Origin: Leptospira sp.
GTDB lineage: Bacteria > Spirochaetota > Leptospiria > Leptospirales > Leptospiraceae
Assembly (NCBI GenBank): GCA_034439575.1
Contig: JAWXAQ010000008.1
Span: 64,001-128,000, forward strand
Direction: 5' to 3'
Length of the DNA: 64,000 nucleotides
Part shown: positions 1-9,790 of the stretch, piece after piece
Position numbering within the stretch: the first letter of the stretch is position 1
How the letters are laid out: each line of letters opens with the position of its first letter
Notes under the pieces: generated by a model
What the model saw: only the letters and a program-made list of their open reading frames with translations
Told to the model about the DNA's origin: nothing
Database searches by the model: none
Made by a program: the position numbers and the translations under genes

Positions 1-97
1 CTTTGGATGTCGCCCAGCCAAATTCACCTTTCGGTACACCACAATTGATAGTAAAAAGGATAAAGAAAAAAACTATGGAACGGCAGAGATAAGACAT
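1..97 (-). CDS. Lipoprotein, partial (3' end runs off the window)
   Basis: My translation from ATG at 97: MSYLCRSIVFFFILFTINC-GVPKGEFGWATSK; hydrophobic core followed by a lipobox-like Cys; not in the ORF track. Confidence 0.65.
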   Translation of the reverse strand, partial: MSYLCRSIVFFFILFTINCGVPKGEFGWATSK

Positions 98-145
98 ATT
101 ACTTACATCATCGGGCGATGATGTAATTTTCAAAAAACAAAAATA

Positions 146-361
146 TCAGTCTTCGACGACTCTTGCTTTCTCGGAAATGTCTTTCTCTTTTTTGGCAATT
201 GGTTTTTCACCATTTCTATAGACAAAAACCTTGGGATCTTGGTTCTCATGGTTCATTCGCGACGGAAAGGTAAATATCCGTGCAATGATGCGAAAAACAT
301 AATAAAGAAGCAGAGAAAAAATTAGTATTTTGATCACGAAATTAGACTCCCACTGAAACAA
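146..361 (-). CDS. Small single-TM membrane protein, hypothetical
   Basis: 71 aa, N-terminal hydrophobic helix and charged tail; 26 bp downstream of pgsW on the same strand. Confidence 0.55.
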   Translation of the reverse strand: MFQWESNFVIKILIFSLLLYYVFRIIARIFTFPSRMNHENQDPKVFVYRNGEKPIAKKEKDISEKARVVED

Positions 362-387
362 AGAAGGATCAACTCTTTTCTAGGCCA

Positions 388-1524
388 TTATGTCTTTCTT
401 CTCACAGTTTGTGGAACTTGAAAATCAATCGGATTTTGGCCCCAATCTTTTTTGGTAATGCCGTAGAGCCCGACAAGTAAAATCAATAATACAAGTGTGC
501 ATAAGTAGAGATTGTATTCTTCTTTGTGAAATACTTTGCCTTCTCCAGGAAGTGGTGTTACTTTGGGAGTCTGTGGTAATCCAAATTTTCTGGCCAATGA
601 TTCTATCTGAATGATATTTATGACTGGAATGTCTCTTTCTAAAAATGACTTTAAAATGGAATCAGGTGGATTTACATCGTCTGGCAATTGTTTAATGAGA
701 CCACTCTTGAACACTTGTTTGCCGAGGCTAGTTCCTAGAATTGTGGTTCCGCCTCCTACATTCAAAAAAGCTTTGATTGGTTTTCCGGAAGAAAGTTTGA
801 AATACAAATCCATTCTTTGTTTCATAGAATCTTCTATTCCAGATGGTAAGATCAAATTCACTTTGTTTCGTTTGATAGCATTGATAAGGATTGATTTTCC
901 CTCAGATGACATACCTACACCTTTGTCCTGAGTTCCACCAAGCGATGCATAAGCGGTCTTCGTAAAAAATATAGAATCATCTATGAGGGCTGATTCCATA
1001 TCTAACCATAACATTTGCGGATGGTTGGCTCCAAATTGGCTAGCGGAGGCGCTTCCTATGACGATAGGTTTTAACTTCAAAGTTTCCAATGCGGCAAGTG
1101 CACATATATTCATGGCAGGAAATGAGCCCGACATAGAAACCGCAATCGTATCACCTTCTTCAAGTTCTGCTTTCATCAATAAATGCACCAAAACAGCTGA
1201 GAAATTAGGATTAACAGAAGTTTGTTTGGCTGTGAGCGAACCAGTATTACTAGTTACCGGTGTTAAAAACTCGCCAATGAATCCAGAGTTAGCTGGATCA
1301 AATTCTGTATAATCTGGTTTTTTTCTTTTGATAAGTTCTGGTTTTAAAGCGGAGAAAGCTCTTTCTGCTAATTTTGCAGCCATCAACTTCTTTTTGTAAT
1401 ACGGTTGTTCCTTTTTTACTTTGAATGTTTCTATACTAATAATTCCTGCAATTCCAAATAAGGCAAGTATGGCTATACCTATCCTTGAGTGTTTCCATAG
1501 TTGCCAATAAACTCTTGTCATCAT
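388..1524 (-). CDS. pgsW: Poly-gamma-glutamate system protein PgsW
   Basis: N- and C-terminal TM helices; motifs TSNTGSLTAKQTSVNPNF, SGSFPAMN, SQFGAN, NVGGG; overlaps the pgsC stop codon. Confidence 0.8.
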   Translation of the reverse strand: MMTRVYWQLWKHSRIGIAILALFGIAGIISIETFKVKKEQPYYKKKLMAAKLAERAFSALKPELIKRKKPDYTEFDPANSGFIGEFLTPVTSNTGSLTAKQTSVNPNFSAVLVHLLMKAELEEGDTIAVSMSGSFPAMNICALAALETLKLKPIVIGSASASQFGANHPQMLWLDMESALIDDSIFFTKTAYASLGGTQDKGVGMSSEGKSILINAIKRNKVNLILPSGIEDSMKQRMDLYFKLSSGKPIKAFLNVGGGTTILGTSLGKQVFKSGLIKQLPDDVNPPDSILKSFLERDIPVINIIQIESLARKFGLPQTPKVTPLPGEGKVFHKEEYNLYLCTLVLLILLVGLYGITKKDWGQNPIDFQVPQTVRRKT

Positions 1525-1979
1525 AAAAATTCGGAACCTACTAGGAAGATGAGGATTATCTTTACAAGAATTGAAGCGATGACGAGAACTGATGTCGTTT
1601 CAATGACACCTTGTCTCTCAAACCAAAGTCCAATCAGTCCAGGAATAATAAATCCAATGCTACGAATATCTGATAAGATCGGGGTCTCAATATCGGGAAG
1701 AATTTGATAATTTAAAAGATAACCGATAAAATAAGCAAATAACAAAATCAATACGGTCTTTCGTTTCCCAAAAACAATAAAGAAAAATGTAAGAGCTTCG
1801 ACCGCTAAATAGGATAGAAGGGCAATAGTAAAAGTAATGGCTAAATTTTTTGGATGGTTTAAATGAAGTGCGATGTATCCAGGCACAACAAGTCCTGTCC
1901 CTACGATACCAAAAAATTCAGAAAACAATAAACTAACAACTAAACTGATTCCTATGGCAAGTGAAAGTATATCATTCAT
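1521..1979 (-). CDS. pgsC: Poly-gamma-glutamate biosynthesis protein PgsC/CapC
   Basis: 152 aa hydrophobic protein with GLVVPGY and IGFIIPGLI..WFERQG motifs. Confidence 0.92.
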   Translation of the reverse strand: MNDILSLAIGISLVVSLLFSEFFGIVGTGLVVPGYIALHLNHPKNLAITFTIALLSYLAVEALTFFFIVFGKRKTVLILLFAYFIGYLLNYQILPDIETPILSDIRSIGFIIPGLIGLWFERQGVIETTSVLVIASILVKIILIFLVGSEFL

Positions 1980-1981
1980 AA

Positions 1982-3169
1982 TTAGTATATAGTCCGATTT
2001 TTTAAATATTGATTTAACTCAAGTCCAATGCCTGCAATGTTTCCCAGAGCGATCACATAGGATTTTTCTTTCACCTGTTCCAATATAGATTCAAAAATAT
2101 GATCTAAATCCGCAGATTCCCAGTTAAATAATTGCATACCATCTTGGCAGTAAAGTTTCAAAAAATGAAGCGCATATTTTGTACCGCTACCGATTAAAAA
2201 AATGGCTTCTACATTTTCCCATTGGGCAATTTCTTTGGCAATCAATTCACTTCGTTCTAATCGATCTTCACGACAATTAAATAAGACATAGGCTGATCTA
2301 TCGTGTCCGTAACGTTTGTTACATGACTTCCAAATCATTCGTGTACTTTCGGAATCATTTGCGGCCATAGCATTTAAATAAACTAAATTTTTTCCAAAAA
2401 AAGATATCGTTAAAGGATAAAGAGCCCCTGGATCTGGTGCAGACTTCCACATACCTTTGAGTGCGACTTCTCGTTTAACACCTAAAAATTCACATACAGC
2501 GAGTGCTAAAGATACATTTTCTTTGTGTTCCCAATATGTGAATTGATTCATATCTTTTTCTGTCAGTTTGTCATCGCCATTACGATCTGTTAAATGAAGA
2601 GTTGTTTTTCTTTCTTTACATACAGATTCAAAAATTTCTGGATGGGAAACTTTTCCACAAAATAAATCCGCATGATAAGGGATTCCAGATGCTAAAGAAA
2701 GTGTCACATCCTTTATTGTCGGTCCCATAACATCCAAATGATCTTCCCTAACATTACTGATCACACCTATATGAGATTTTAATATCATAGCTTCGGAAGA
2801 CCATTGGTAACGTGGTTCCAGTGCCATACATTCTATGACAATCACTTCCGCATTTTCTCGTTTTGCGACGTTTAAAATCGAAATTTGTTCTAAAATAGAA
2901 GGTCGACCCCAGCGTCGTATTACCCGCTCCGAATGATCAGGAAATATTAAACGAGCCATAGTACCAGTGGTTTTAGCAAGTACTCGAAGTCCAGATTCGG
3001 CAAGGCCAGAACGTATAAGTCTTGTTATGCTAGATTTCCCCCTAGTTCCGTTTACATGAATTCGTATTTTGAATTTTGAAAGAGTGATGCGGTGAATGAT
3101 TCGTTCTATAGCTAAATAAAGGATTAATAATAGTATGAGGCTAAAAAAGATAAAAGTAGCAGATTTCAT
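1982..3169 (-). CDS. pgsB: Poly-gamma-glutamate synthase PgsB/CapB
   Basis: HVNGTRGKSS P-loop, AKTTGT, ECMA, NVREDHLDVMGPT, PDPGA and AAND motifs. Confidence 0.95.
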   Translation of the reverse strand: MKSATFIFFSLILLLILYLAIERIIHRITLSKFKIRIHVNGTRGKSSITRLIRSGLAESGLRVLAKTTGTMARLIFPDHSERVIRRWGRPSILEQISILNVAKRENAEVIVIECMALEPRYQWSSEAMILKSHIGVISNVREDHLDVMGPTIKDVTLSLASGIPYHADLFCGKVSHPEIFESVCKERKTTLHLTDRNGDDKLTEKDMNQFTYWEHKENVSLALAVCEFLGVKREVALKGMWKSAPDPGALYPLTISFFGKNLVYLNAMAANDSESTRMIWKSCNKRYGHDRSAYVLFNCREDRLERSELIAKEIAQWENVEAIFLIGSGTKYALHFLKLYCQDGMQLFNWESADLDHIFESILEQVKEKSYVIALGNIAGIGLELNQYLKNRTIY

Positions 3170-3261
3170 TATGAGTTTATATTGAAAATAAGAACATTTA
3201 TTTAAACGAATGTAATCGTTTTGAAATCATTCCCAAGTAAAATTTAGTTTGGTAAATCATC

Positions 3262-5658
3262 ATGAGCATACGGTATAAATTTTTACTCATATTAAGTGTC
3301 AGTCAAATCTTTCTTGTAATCGCCTTAACTACAAGTTTTGCCTACCTTTTACAAGCTGTAAAGAACATCCCACAGACACAAAGGGCTGAAGATCTTTCTC
3401 GGAATTTCGAAAGAGAATTGGAATTCAAAGAAGAGAAACTTAAACTTTTACTGAATGAAATTACACTTAATACAAAAACGAAATCAATTTTAGAAAGAGG
3501 TCTCCTGAATCGCAGTGTCTTTATTTCTGAATTGCCATATATAGAAAGTATAATGAAGCGTTATGAACTTTCGATTTTTGAAATCGGAAATATGCAAGGT
3601 ATCGTTCAATTTCGAGCTCATCGCCCGAAAGATTTTGGGGATAACAAATTTCAGCAACCTATCATTCAAAAAGCGATTAAGGGTGAAATTTCAGCAAGTC
3701 TTGAAGATGGCCATAGTGGACTTGGTTTTCGTTTGGCGGCACCATTATTTGGTAAAGGTACGATTCTCATTGGCCAAGTGGTAGACAATCAATTCACTCA
3801 TACGATTTCAAAAGACCAAGGCATTCATTTAGCGATATTCCAAGCGGGAAAAATCAAAACAATTGGTTCTGATCTATTGGCAAAATTAATTCAAGAAGAG
3901 CCAAGCCTTCTTCAAGACAACCAGCGAATTCAATTTCAAAATAAACCTTATTATATTGTGAAGATTCCTTATCGCGCTCGGGAAAATACGGTCAAGGATT
4001 TGGTTTTTAATGTAATGATTGATGAGAATGAAGTAGAAACCAAAACATTAAAAATTTGGACATTTTTTACCATCGCCTCGTTTATGTTATTTGGTGTGAT
4101 TCTCTTGATCTCACTTACATTTTCTCATGATATAGTTGGTGCTATTAAATTATTAACTTCTGCTATGAATGATCTAGAAAATTGGAAACCAGAAAACCTT
4201 CCCACAAGGCGATCCGATGAAATTGGTCAAATGGGTAGAGTTTTTGTTGATATGAAAGAAGAATTGTTTCAACACCAAAATCATTTGGAGGATATGGTCA
4301 ACAAACGGACAATGGAGCTAAATGCTAGTTTGGCGGAAGTAAAAAAATTAAAAGAAGGCCAAGATGGGGATTATTTTTTGACCTCTTTATTAATAAAACC
4401 ATTGAAAGGCATATTTTCAAAGTCAGAAACAATAAACATTTCCATTTTAGAAAGACAAATGAAAGAGTTTACATTCAGAAATAAAAAATCTGAAATTGGT
4501 GGGGATATAACATTAACAGATAACATCCATTTAATGGGAAAAAAATATACAGTTTTTGTCAATGCAGATGCTATGGGAAAATCAATACAAGGTGCAGGTG
4601 GATCGCTTGTACTTGGTACTGTTTTTAAATCCATCCTCACTCGCACTCAAAAACAAAAATATATGCAAGAGCGTCATCCAGAAAGATGGCTAAAAGAATG
4701 TTTCCAAGAAATTCACAATGTTTTTATCAGCTTTGATGGTCATATGTTGATCTCTGCAATAATGGGGCTTGTTGATGAAGAAACAGGAACATTATACTAT
4801 ATCAATGCAGAACACCCTTGGCCTGTACTTTTTAGAGATGGCAAGGCTAGTTTTTTAGACACAACATTTTCACTTAGAAAGATTGGTTTTACCGAAATGC
4901 ATAGTGATGAAGTGATCATAAAGGTTTTTGCTATGAGGCCTGGTGATGTAATCATTATGGGATCTGATGGTAGAGATGATTTATTATTAAGTCAGAAAGA
5001 TGAAAATAGAATCATCAATGATGATGAAAATTTATTTTTAGAACACGTCACAAATGGAAATGGGAATTTGACCGAAATCTTAAAATCATCGATACAAATC
5101 GGAGAATTTACTGACGATTTAAGTTTATTAAGAATTAGTTTTTTAGAAACAAATGCTACTTCGATTGAAGATGTCACCAAACAAGAAGAATACTTTACAC
5201 ATTTAGAAGAAGGTCTTAATTCTTACCGGGATGGCGATTGGGAAAATGCCATCATATCTCTAGAATTTGCTTTAGAATCAGAACCAAATGATGCTTATTG
5301 TTTAAGAGAATTGGCAAAATTATATTTAAAGACACATAGCTATGATCAGGCGATTGATTTGGCTGAAAGGTATTTAAAAACTAATCCTGAAGATACAGAA
5401 TTTCTTTTTTATATAGCTTATGCGTATAAACAAAGAAGAAATTTTGGGCTTGCATGTGATTTTGCAGAGAGACTAAGACTCAGAGATCCGAATAACTTTA
5501 AAAATCTGATGCTTTTATGTGAAATTTTGATGCATATGAAAATCGTGAATAAATCAGAAGTTTTACTCGATCAGATGGAGAAGATATCACCTAGCAATCA
5601 AAAGGTGGCTAAATTAAGATATTTTTGGAAAAAGTTGGCGGCGACGGTGGTCGTTTAA
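3262..5658 (+). CDS. Membrane SpoIIE/PP2C-type phosphatase (periplasmic sensor, HAMP, PP2C, C-terminal TPR-like repeats)
   Basis: Two TM helices; HAMP-like RRSDEIGQM; PP2C motifs GGD, ADAMGK, SDG, DDLS; helical repeats at the C-terminus. Confidence 0.85.
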   Translation: MSIRYKFLLILSVSQIFLVIALTTSFAYLLQAVKNIPQTQRAEDLSRNFERELEFKEEKLKLLLNEITLNTKTKSILERGLLNRSVFISELPYIESIMKRYELSIFEIGNMQGIVQFRAHRPKDFGDNKFQQPIIQKAIKGEISASLEDGHSGLGFRLAAPLFGKGTILIGQVVDNQFTHTISKDQGIHLAIFQAGKIKTIGSDLLAKLIQEEPSLLQDNQRIQFQNKPYYIVKIPYRARENTVKDLVFNVMIDENEVETKTLKIWTFFTIASFMLFGVILLISLTFSHDIVGAIKLLTSAMNDLENWKPENLPTRRSDEIGQMGRVFVDMKEELFQHQNHLEDMVNKRTMELNASLAEVKKLKEGQDGDYFLTSLLIKPLKGIFSKSETINISILERQMKEFTFRNKKSEIGGDITLTDNIHLMGKKYTVFVNADAMGKSIQGAGGSLVLGTVFKSILTRTQKQKYMQERHPERWLKECFQEIHNVFISFDGHMLISAIMGLVDEETGTLYYINAEHPWPVLFRDGKASFLDTTFSLRKIGFTEMHSDEVIIKVFAMRPGDVIIMGSDGRDDLLLSQKDENRIINDDENLFLEHVTNGNGNLTEILKSSIQIGEFTDDLSLLRISFLETNATSIEDVTKQEEYFTHLEEGLNSYRDGDWENAIISLEFALESEPNDAYCLRELAKLYLKTHSYDQAIDLAERYLKTNPEDTEFLFYIAYAYKQRRNFGLACDFAERLRLRDPNNFKNLMLLCEILMHMKIVNKSEVLLDQMEKISPSNQKVAKLRYFWKKLAATVVV

Positions 5659-5987
5659 AAGGAAGCCAAGGCGGCTTCCGTCGTTTCATAAATCTGAATG
5701 ACTGAAGAGATTTTTGAGATGCGGAAAATTTGTTGAATCGTCTTTGATACGTTAACGATTTTTAATCCACCGCCTTGTGCAGATAACTTATCATTGAGTG
5801 ACATGATAAGACCAAAGCCAGATGAATCGATAAAACTCACTCCACCTAAATCAAAGACAAATTTATATTCACTGTCAGCAGAGGATTCCTTAATTTTTTC
5901 TTTTAAGATCCCCGCATTTAACATGTCTAAGTTTCCAAAAAGTTTTAAGACAGTAACGCCATCTATTTTGTTTTCAGTGTATTCCAT
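5655..5987 (-). CDS. STAS-domain anti-sigma factor antagonist
   Basis: 110 aa; DLGGVSFIDSSG phospho-acceptor motif. Confidence 0.9.
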   Translation of the reverse strand: MEYTENKIDGVTVLKLFGNLDMLNAGILKEKIKESSADSEYKFVFDLGGVSFIDSSGFGLIMSLNDKLSAQGGGLKIVNVSKTIQQIFRISKISSVIQIYETTEAALASF

Positions 5988-5999
5988 TCAACCGCTTTG

Positions 6000-6027
6000 A
6001 AGATAATCCATTTTTTGATTTGGTCAA
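6000..6027 (-). promoter_or_regulatory. Putative sigma70-type promoter for the STAS gene
   Basis: Minus strand TTGACC-N16-TATCTT just upstream of the start codon at 5987. Confidence 0.45.
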
Positions 6028-6032
6028 TCAGT

Positions 6033-8105
6033 TTAATTTACAAATTTTTCCCATTTTTCTTGGATGGATACGCTTCTTAAAATTCGCCATATTAAGTTTG
6101 ATCCATTCTCAGAATTGGTCAGAATCACGATTCCATAGCCTTTTTTAGCGTTAAAAAATGCCAATGCTTTGTGTCCCTTTGTATGCCCACCATGAAAAAA
6201 ATACTCCGAGTTGCCTGTACGGTTTATAAAAAAGCCTCTTCCGACAAGAGCATGAACAGTCAGGTTGGCGGCACTCATTTTCGGTGTCAAAAGATACTTT
6301 GCATAGCTTTGTGATATGATTTCTGAATTTCCATTGTATGCCTTTGCTACTTCATTGAATAAATTTCCAATCTCTTCTGGAGTTGTCCAAAGACCTCCGG
6401 AACCAAGCTCAGGTGAAATAAAATTCTTTTGAGGGAGAACAATTCCATTCATATCATGACCATCGCAATAATCGAAAGGACTCGTAAGATTTTGACGAAA
6501 GGTACTTTCTTTCCAGTGTAATGGTTTTGAAACATAAGTTTCAATGAGCAAAGGAAAATTCATACTAAGTGAATTTGTAAGCGCTTCTTGAATCACAGCA
6601 TAACCACCGCCTGAATATCTCGATTTAGATCCAGGTGAATAATACAATTCTAAACCATGTCCGGGTTTTTCTGAATATGTATCTTTAATTTCGCTAATAT
6701 GTTTTTTGCCTTTGTTAATCGGATCATCCCAATTTCCCTTTTCCGTGAGGCCACTAGTATGCGAAAGTAGTTGGTCTAAATTTACAAATTCACCTTTTTT
6801 TTTCTGTTTCAAGCTGATCTTATACTTTCTTAATTTTTGATTCCAATTTTCATAAGGATGAAGGATTCCTTGTTCCATCAATTGAGCGACTGTAAATGCA
6901 ATCGCTGTCTTTGATAAAGATCCAGCTCTGAAAAGCGTACGTTCTGTAACTTTATTTTGGTTTTGAGAATTTTTGATACCATAATTTTTTTTCCAAGCCA
7001 AATTATAGTTTTTATAAATTGCAATACCTACAGCTGGAACTTTTTGATCTTTCATCACATCTTCTATAGATATTTCTGTAGTTGATTTTACTAGTTCTCT
7101 AACTTTGAGACGTTTACCACCAAACATTACTTCTGTGAGTATGGATTTGTAGGAAGACAAATCACCGAGTGAGCCACCCCAGGGACTTATGATACAAATA
7201 AAGAGATCACTTTTTCTATCTTGGTAAATGAAGTTCGAAATCCCTTTCTCTTTTCCATACGACCAATGGAAATATTCACCGACATACACACCTTCACCAA
7301 AATAAATTGCATCTTCGGCAACGGCATCTTTCAAAATAGTGCGCTCAAAGATTGCTTTTACTTGTTTTTTGAATAATAGAGTAGGATGTGAAAGTTCTTC
7401 TTGCCAATGGATTAAATCTTCTGGATTTGAATAAATTCCACTGTTACCTAGGACTGGTTCTGATTCGTCCACATAACTATGGTTCATTTTTAAAGGAAAA
7501 AAAATTTTTTCATTCAAAAAATCGTGATAAGACTTTCCTGAAAGTTGTTCGATCAAAAGTCCTAGAACAAAGTAGTCCAATCTTGTATATTTCCAATACT
7601 CTCCTGGCGGAAATGCGGTCAAAGTTTTGGCTTCTATCAGTGCTTTTTTTAATTGAGTATTTTTTTTTCGCTGAGGTATCGTATCAAAGTCTGGATCAAT
7701 TTCTACGATTTTTGGCAATCCACTCGTATGTTTGAGTAAGTTTTCTATTTTTATATTTGGATATGGGAACCAAGGCAGATGAGTTTTAACATAGGAAGAT
7801 TCTTTGATATTTTTTTCTAATAATAAAATTTTTAAGGCATAAGCTGTGAAAATTTTGGTACTTTCACCTAACGGAAAACTATGTTTTTTATATAAATTTT
7901 TAGGATTGTCTCCTCTCTTTTGATAAATTGTCTCTCTCATTAATATTTCTTTGCCTTTAGAAATGAGAATGACTCCTTGGAAATTTTCTTGTTTCAGCCT
8001 TTGTCTAATTTCTTTTTTTACATCAAGCGAAAGAGATCCTTGTGAATCTTCCCCGCAAGATAGAAAAAAAAATCCAATCCAAATAAATATCAAACAAAGG
8101 CGCAT
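6033..8105 (-). CDS. Lipoprotein with two tandem beta-lactamase-like (serine hydrolase) domains
   Basis: Lipobox-like FFLSC; two LLxHTSGL motifs; domain 2 has GSLSK (SxxK) and HGG; domain 1 has GESTK. Confidence 0.85.
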   Translation of the reverse strand: MRLCLIFIWIGFFFLSCGEDSQGSLSLDVKKEIRQRLKQENFQGVILISKGKEILMRETIYQKRGDNPKNLYKKHSFPLGESTKIFTAYALKILLLEKNIKESSYVKTHLPWFPYPNIKIENLLKHTSGLPKIVEIDPDFDTIPQRKKNTQLKKALIEAKTLTAFPPGEYWKYTRLDYFVLGLLIEQLSGKSYHDFLNEKIFFPLKMNHSYVDESEPVLGNSGIYSNPEDLIHWQEELSHPTLLFKKQVKAIFERTILKDAVAEDAIYFGEGVYVGEYFHWSYGKEKGISNFIYQDRKSDLFICIISPWGGSLGDLSSYKSILTEVMFGGKRLKVRELVKSTTEISIEDVMKDQKVPAVGIAIYKNYNLAWKKNYGIKNSQNQNKVTERTLFRAGSLSKTAIAFTVAQLMEQGILHPYENWNQKLRKYKISLKQKKKGEFVNLDQLLSHTSGLTEKGNWDDPINKGKKHISEIKDTYSEKPGHGLELYYSPGSKSRYSGGGYAVIQEALTNSLSMNFPLLIETYVSKPLHWKESTFRQNLTSPFDYCDGHDMNGIVLPQKNFISPELGSGGLWTTPEEIGNLFNEVAKAYNGNSEIISQSYAKYLLTPKMSAANLTVHALVGRGFFINRTGNSEYFFHGGHTKGHKALAFFNAKKGYGIVILTNSENGSNLIWRILRSVSIQEKWEKFVN

Positions 8106-8106
8106 A

Positions 8107-9756
8107 TTATCTTTGAATTAGACTGGGATGATAACCTTCTGGTGGAATAAATCCTAATGCGTCTAACACGGTAGCTGCGACATTTGCTAATCCATAACTT
8201 TTTAGTGAAGAATTAAATTTGATTTTTTCATTGGGATCATAAACAACAAATTGTACTGGGTTTAAAGTATGGCTAGTTTTTGGAACAGGTTCCCCTTTCG
8301 GTGAAATTTGAGCCTGTCCTTTTTTATCCAATTGAAACATCTCATCCGCATTGCCATGATCGGCTGTGATAAACATGACAGTATTTGTCTCTTTACAAAT
8401 CTTCATTAGGCGGTCTATGCAAGTATCCAAATATTCTAATCCTAAAATGGTCGCTTTCATATTTCCAGTATGTCCCACCATATCGCCGTTTGGATAATTG
8501 ACTCTCAAAAATGGATATTTATGTGATTGGATCGCTTGTACTAAGGTATCAGTAATTTCATTTGCTTTCATTTCCGGTTTTTGGTCAAAAGGTATCACAT
8601 CAGATTTAATTTCTTCATAGGTTTCAAATTTTTGATCAAAATAACCAGATTTGTTCCCATTCCAAAAAAAAGTCACATGACCATATTTTTGAGTTTCGGA
8701 AATGGCATATTGGCTCACTTTTTCATTCACAAGATATTCCGCCATCGTTCTGTCAATCTCCGGAGGTGAGACTAAGTATTGTTCGGGGATAAAAAGATCT
8801 CCATCGTATTGCATCATTCCCGCAAATTCAATATCAGGTAGTGATCCTCTGTTAAACGGTGCAAAGTTTTTTTCTGTAAATGCTCTAGATATTTCAATAG
8901 ATCGATCACCACGAAAATTAAAAAAGATAACCGAATCACCATCTTGAATTTTACCTAGTGGTACTCCCTTTTCATCTACAATTACAAAGCCCGGAATGTA
9001 TTGATCTATAAGTTTTGGATTTTCAGTGTAATAAGTATCTAATGCTTCTTTGGCGGAATTAAACTTTCGTCCTTCACCTAATGCGTGTATCTTCCATCCT
9101 CGTTCCACCATGGACCAATCGGCTTCATAACGATCCATGGTAATTTCCATGCGACCACCACCGGATGCGATCTGAATGTTTATTCCTGATTCACGTAAGC
9201 TTTTTAATTCATCTTCAAAAGGGATTAGATAATCAAGGGCTGATTTTTCAGGAACATCACGGCCATCGAGTAAAATATGTATGCGGATTTTTTTGACTGA
9301 TCCTTCTTTTGCTTTTTGTATCATCGCTTTTAGATGATCAATGTGGCTATGTACATTCCCATCCGAAAACAGACCTAAGAAATGTAAGGTGCTATTTTTC
9401 TCGTTCACATTATTTATTAATTTTTTCCAAATCTCACCTTGGAACAAAGCACCAGAATCAATAGAGGCACTCACAAGTTTGGCACCTTGGTCAAAGATAC
9501 GACCTGAGCCAAGAACATTGTGACCTACTTCCGAATTGCCCATATCTTCATCACTTGGCATACCTACAGCTGTGCCATGAGCTTGCAAAAGGACTGTTGG
9601 ATGGTTTTTCCAAAGTGATTTGAGAACGGGCAGATTTGCCGCATCGATCGCATTGCCGTCAAGGCTACTATGTTTTGTAAATCCCACTCCATCTAAAACT
9701 ACGAGTAATACTTGTTTTGTTAATGGGCCATTAGGGTGCTTTGAAAGAGTTAACAT
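8107..9756 (-). CDS. gpmI: 2,3-bisphosphoglycerate-independent phosphoglycerate mutase
   Basis: [41 protein letters not shown] motifs. Confidence 0.97.
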   Translation of the reverse strand: MLTLSKHPNGPLTKQVLLVVLDGVGFTKHSSLDGNAIDAANLPVLKSLWKNHPTVLLQAHGTAVGMPSDEDMGNSEVGHNVLGSGRIFDQGAKLVSASIDSGALFQGEIWKKLINNVNEKNSTLHFLGLFSDGNVHSHIDHLKAMIQKAKEGSVKKIRIHILLDGRDVPEKSALDYLIPFEDELKSLRESGINIQIASGGGRMEITMDRYEADWSMVERGWKIHALGEGRKFNSAKEALDTYYTENPKLIDQYIPGFVIVDEKGVPLGKIQDGDSVIFFNFRGDRSIEISRAFTEKNFAPFNRGSLPDIEFAGMMQYDGDLFIPEQYLVSPPEIDRTMAEYLVNEKVSQYAISETQKYGHVTFFWNGNKSGYFDQKFETYEEIKSDVIPFDQKPEMKANEITDTLVQAIQSHKYPFLRVNYPNGDMVGHTGNMKATILGLEYLDTCIDRLMKICKETNTVMFITADHGNADEMFQLDKKGQAQISPKGEPVPKTSHTLNPVQFVVYDPNEKIKFNSSLKSYGLANVAATVLDALGFIPPEGYHPSLIQR

Positions 9757-9790
9757 AGATTAGATTCCTTGTTTTTTTCCATCATCAAAT

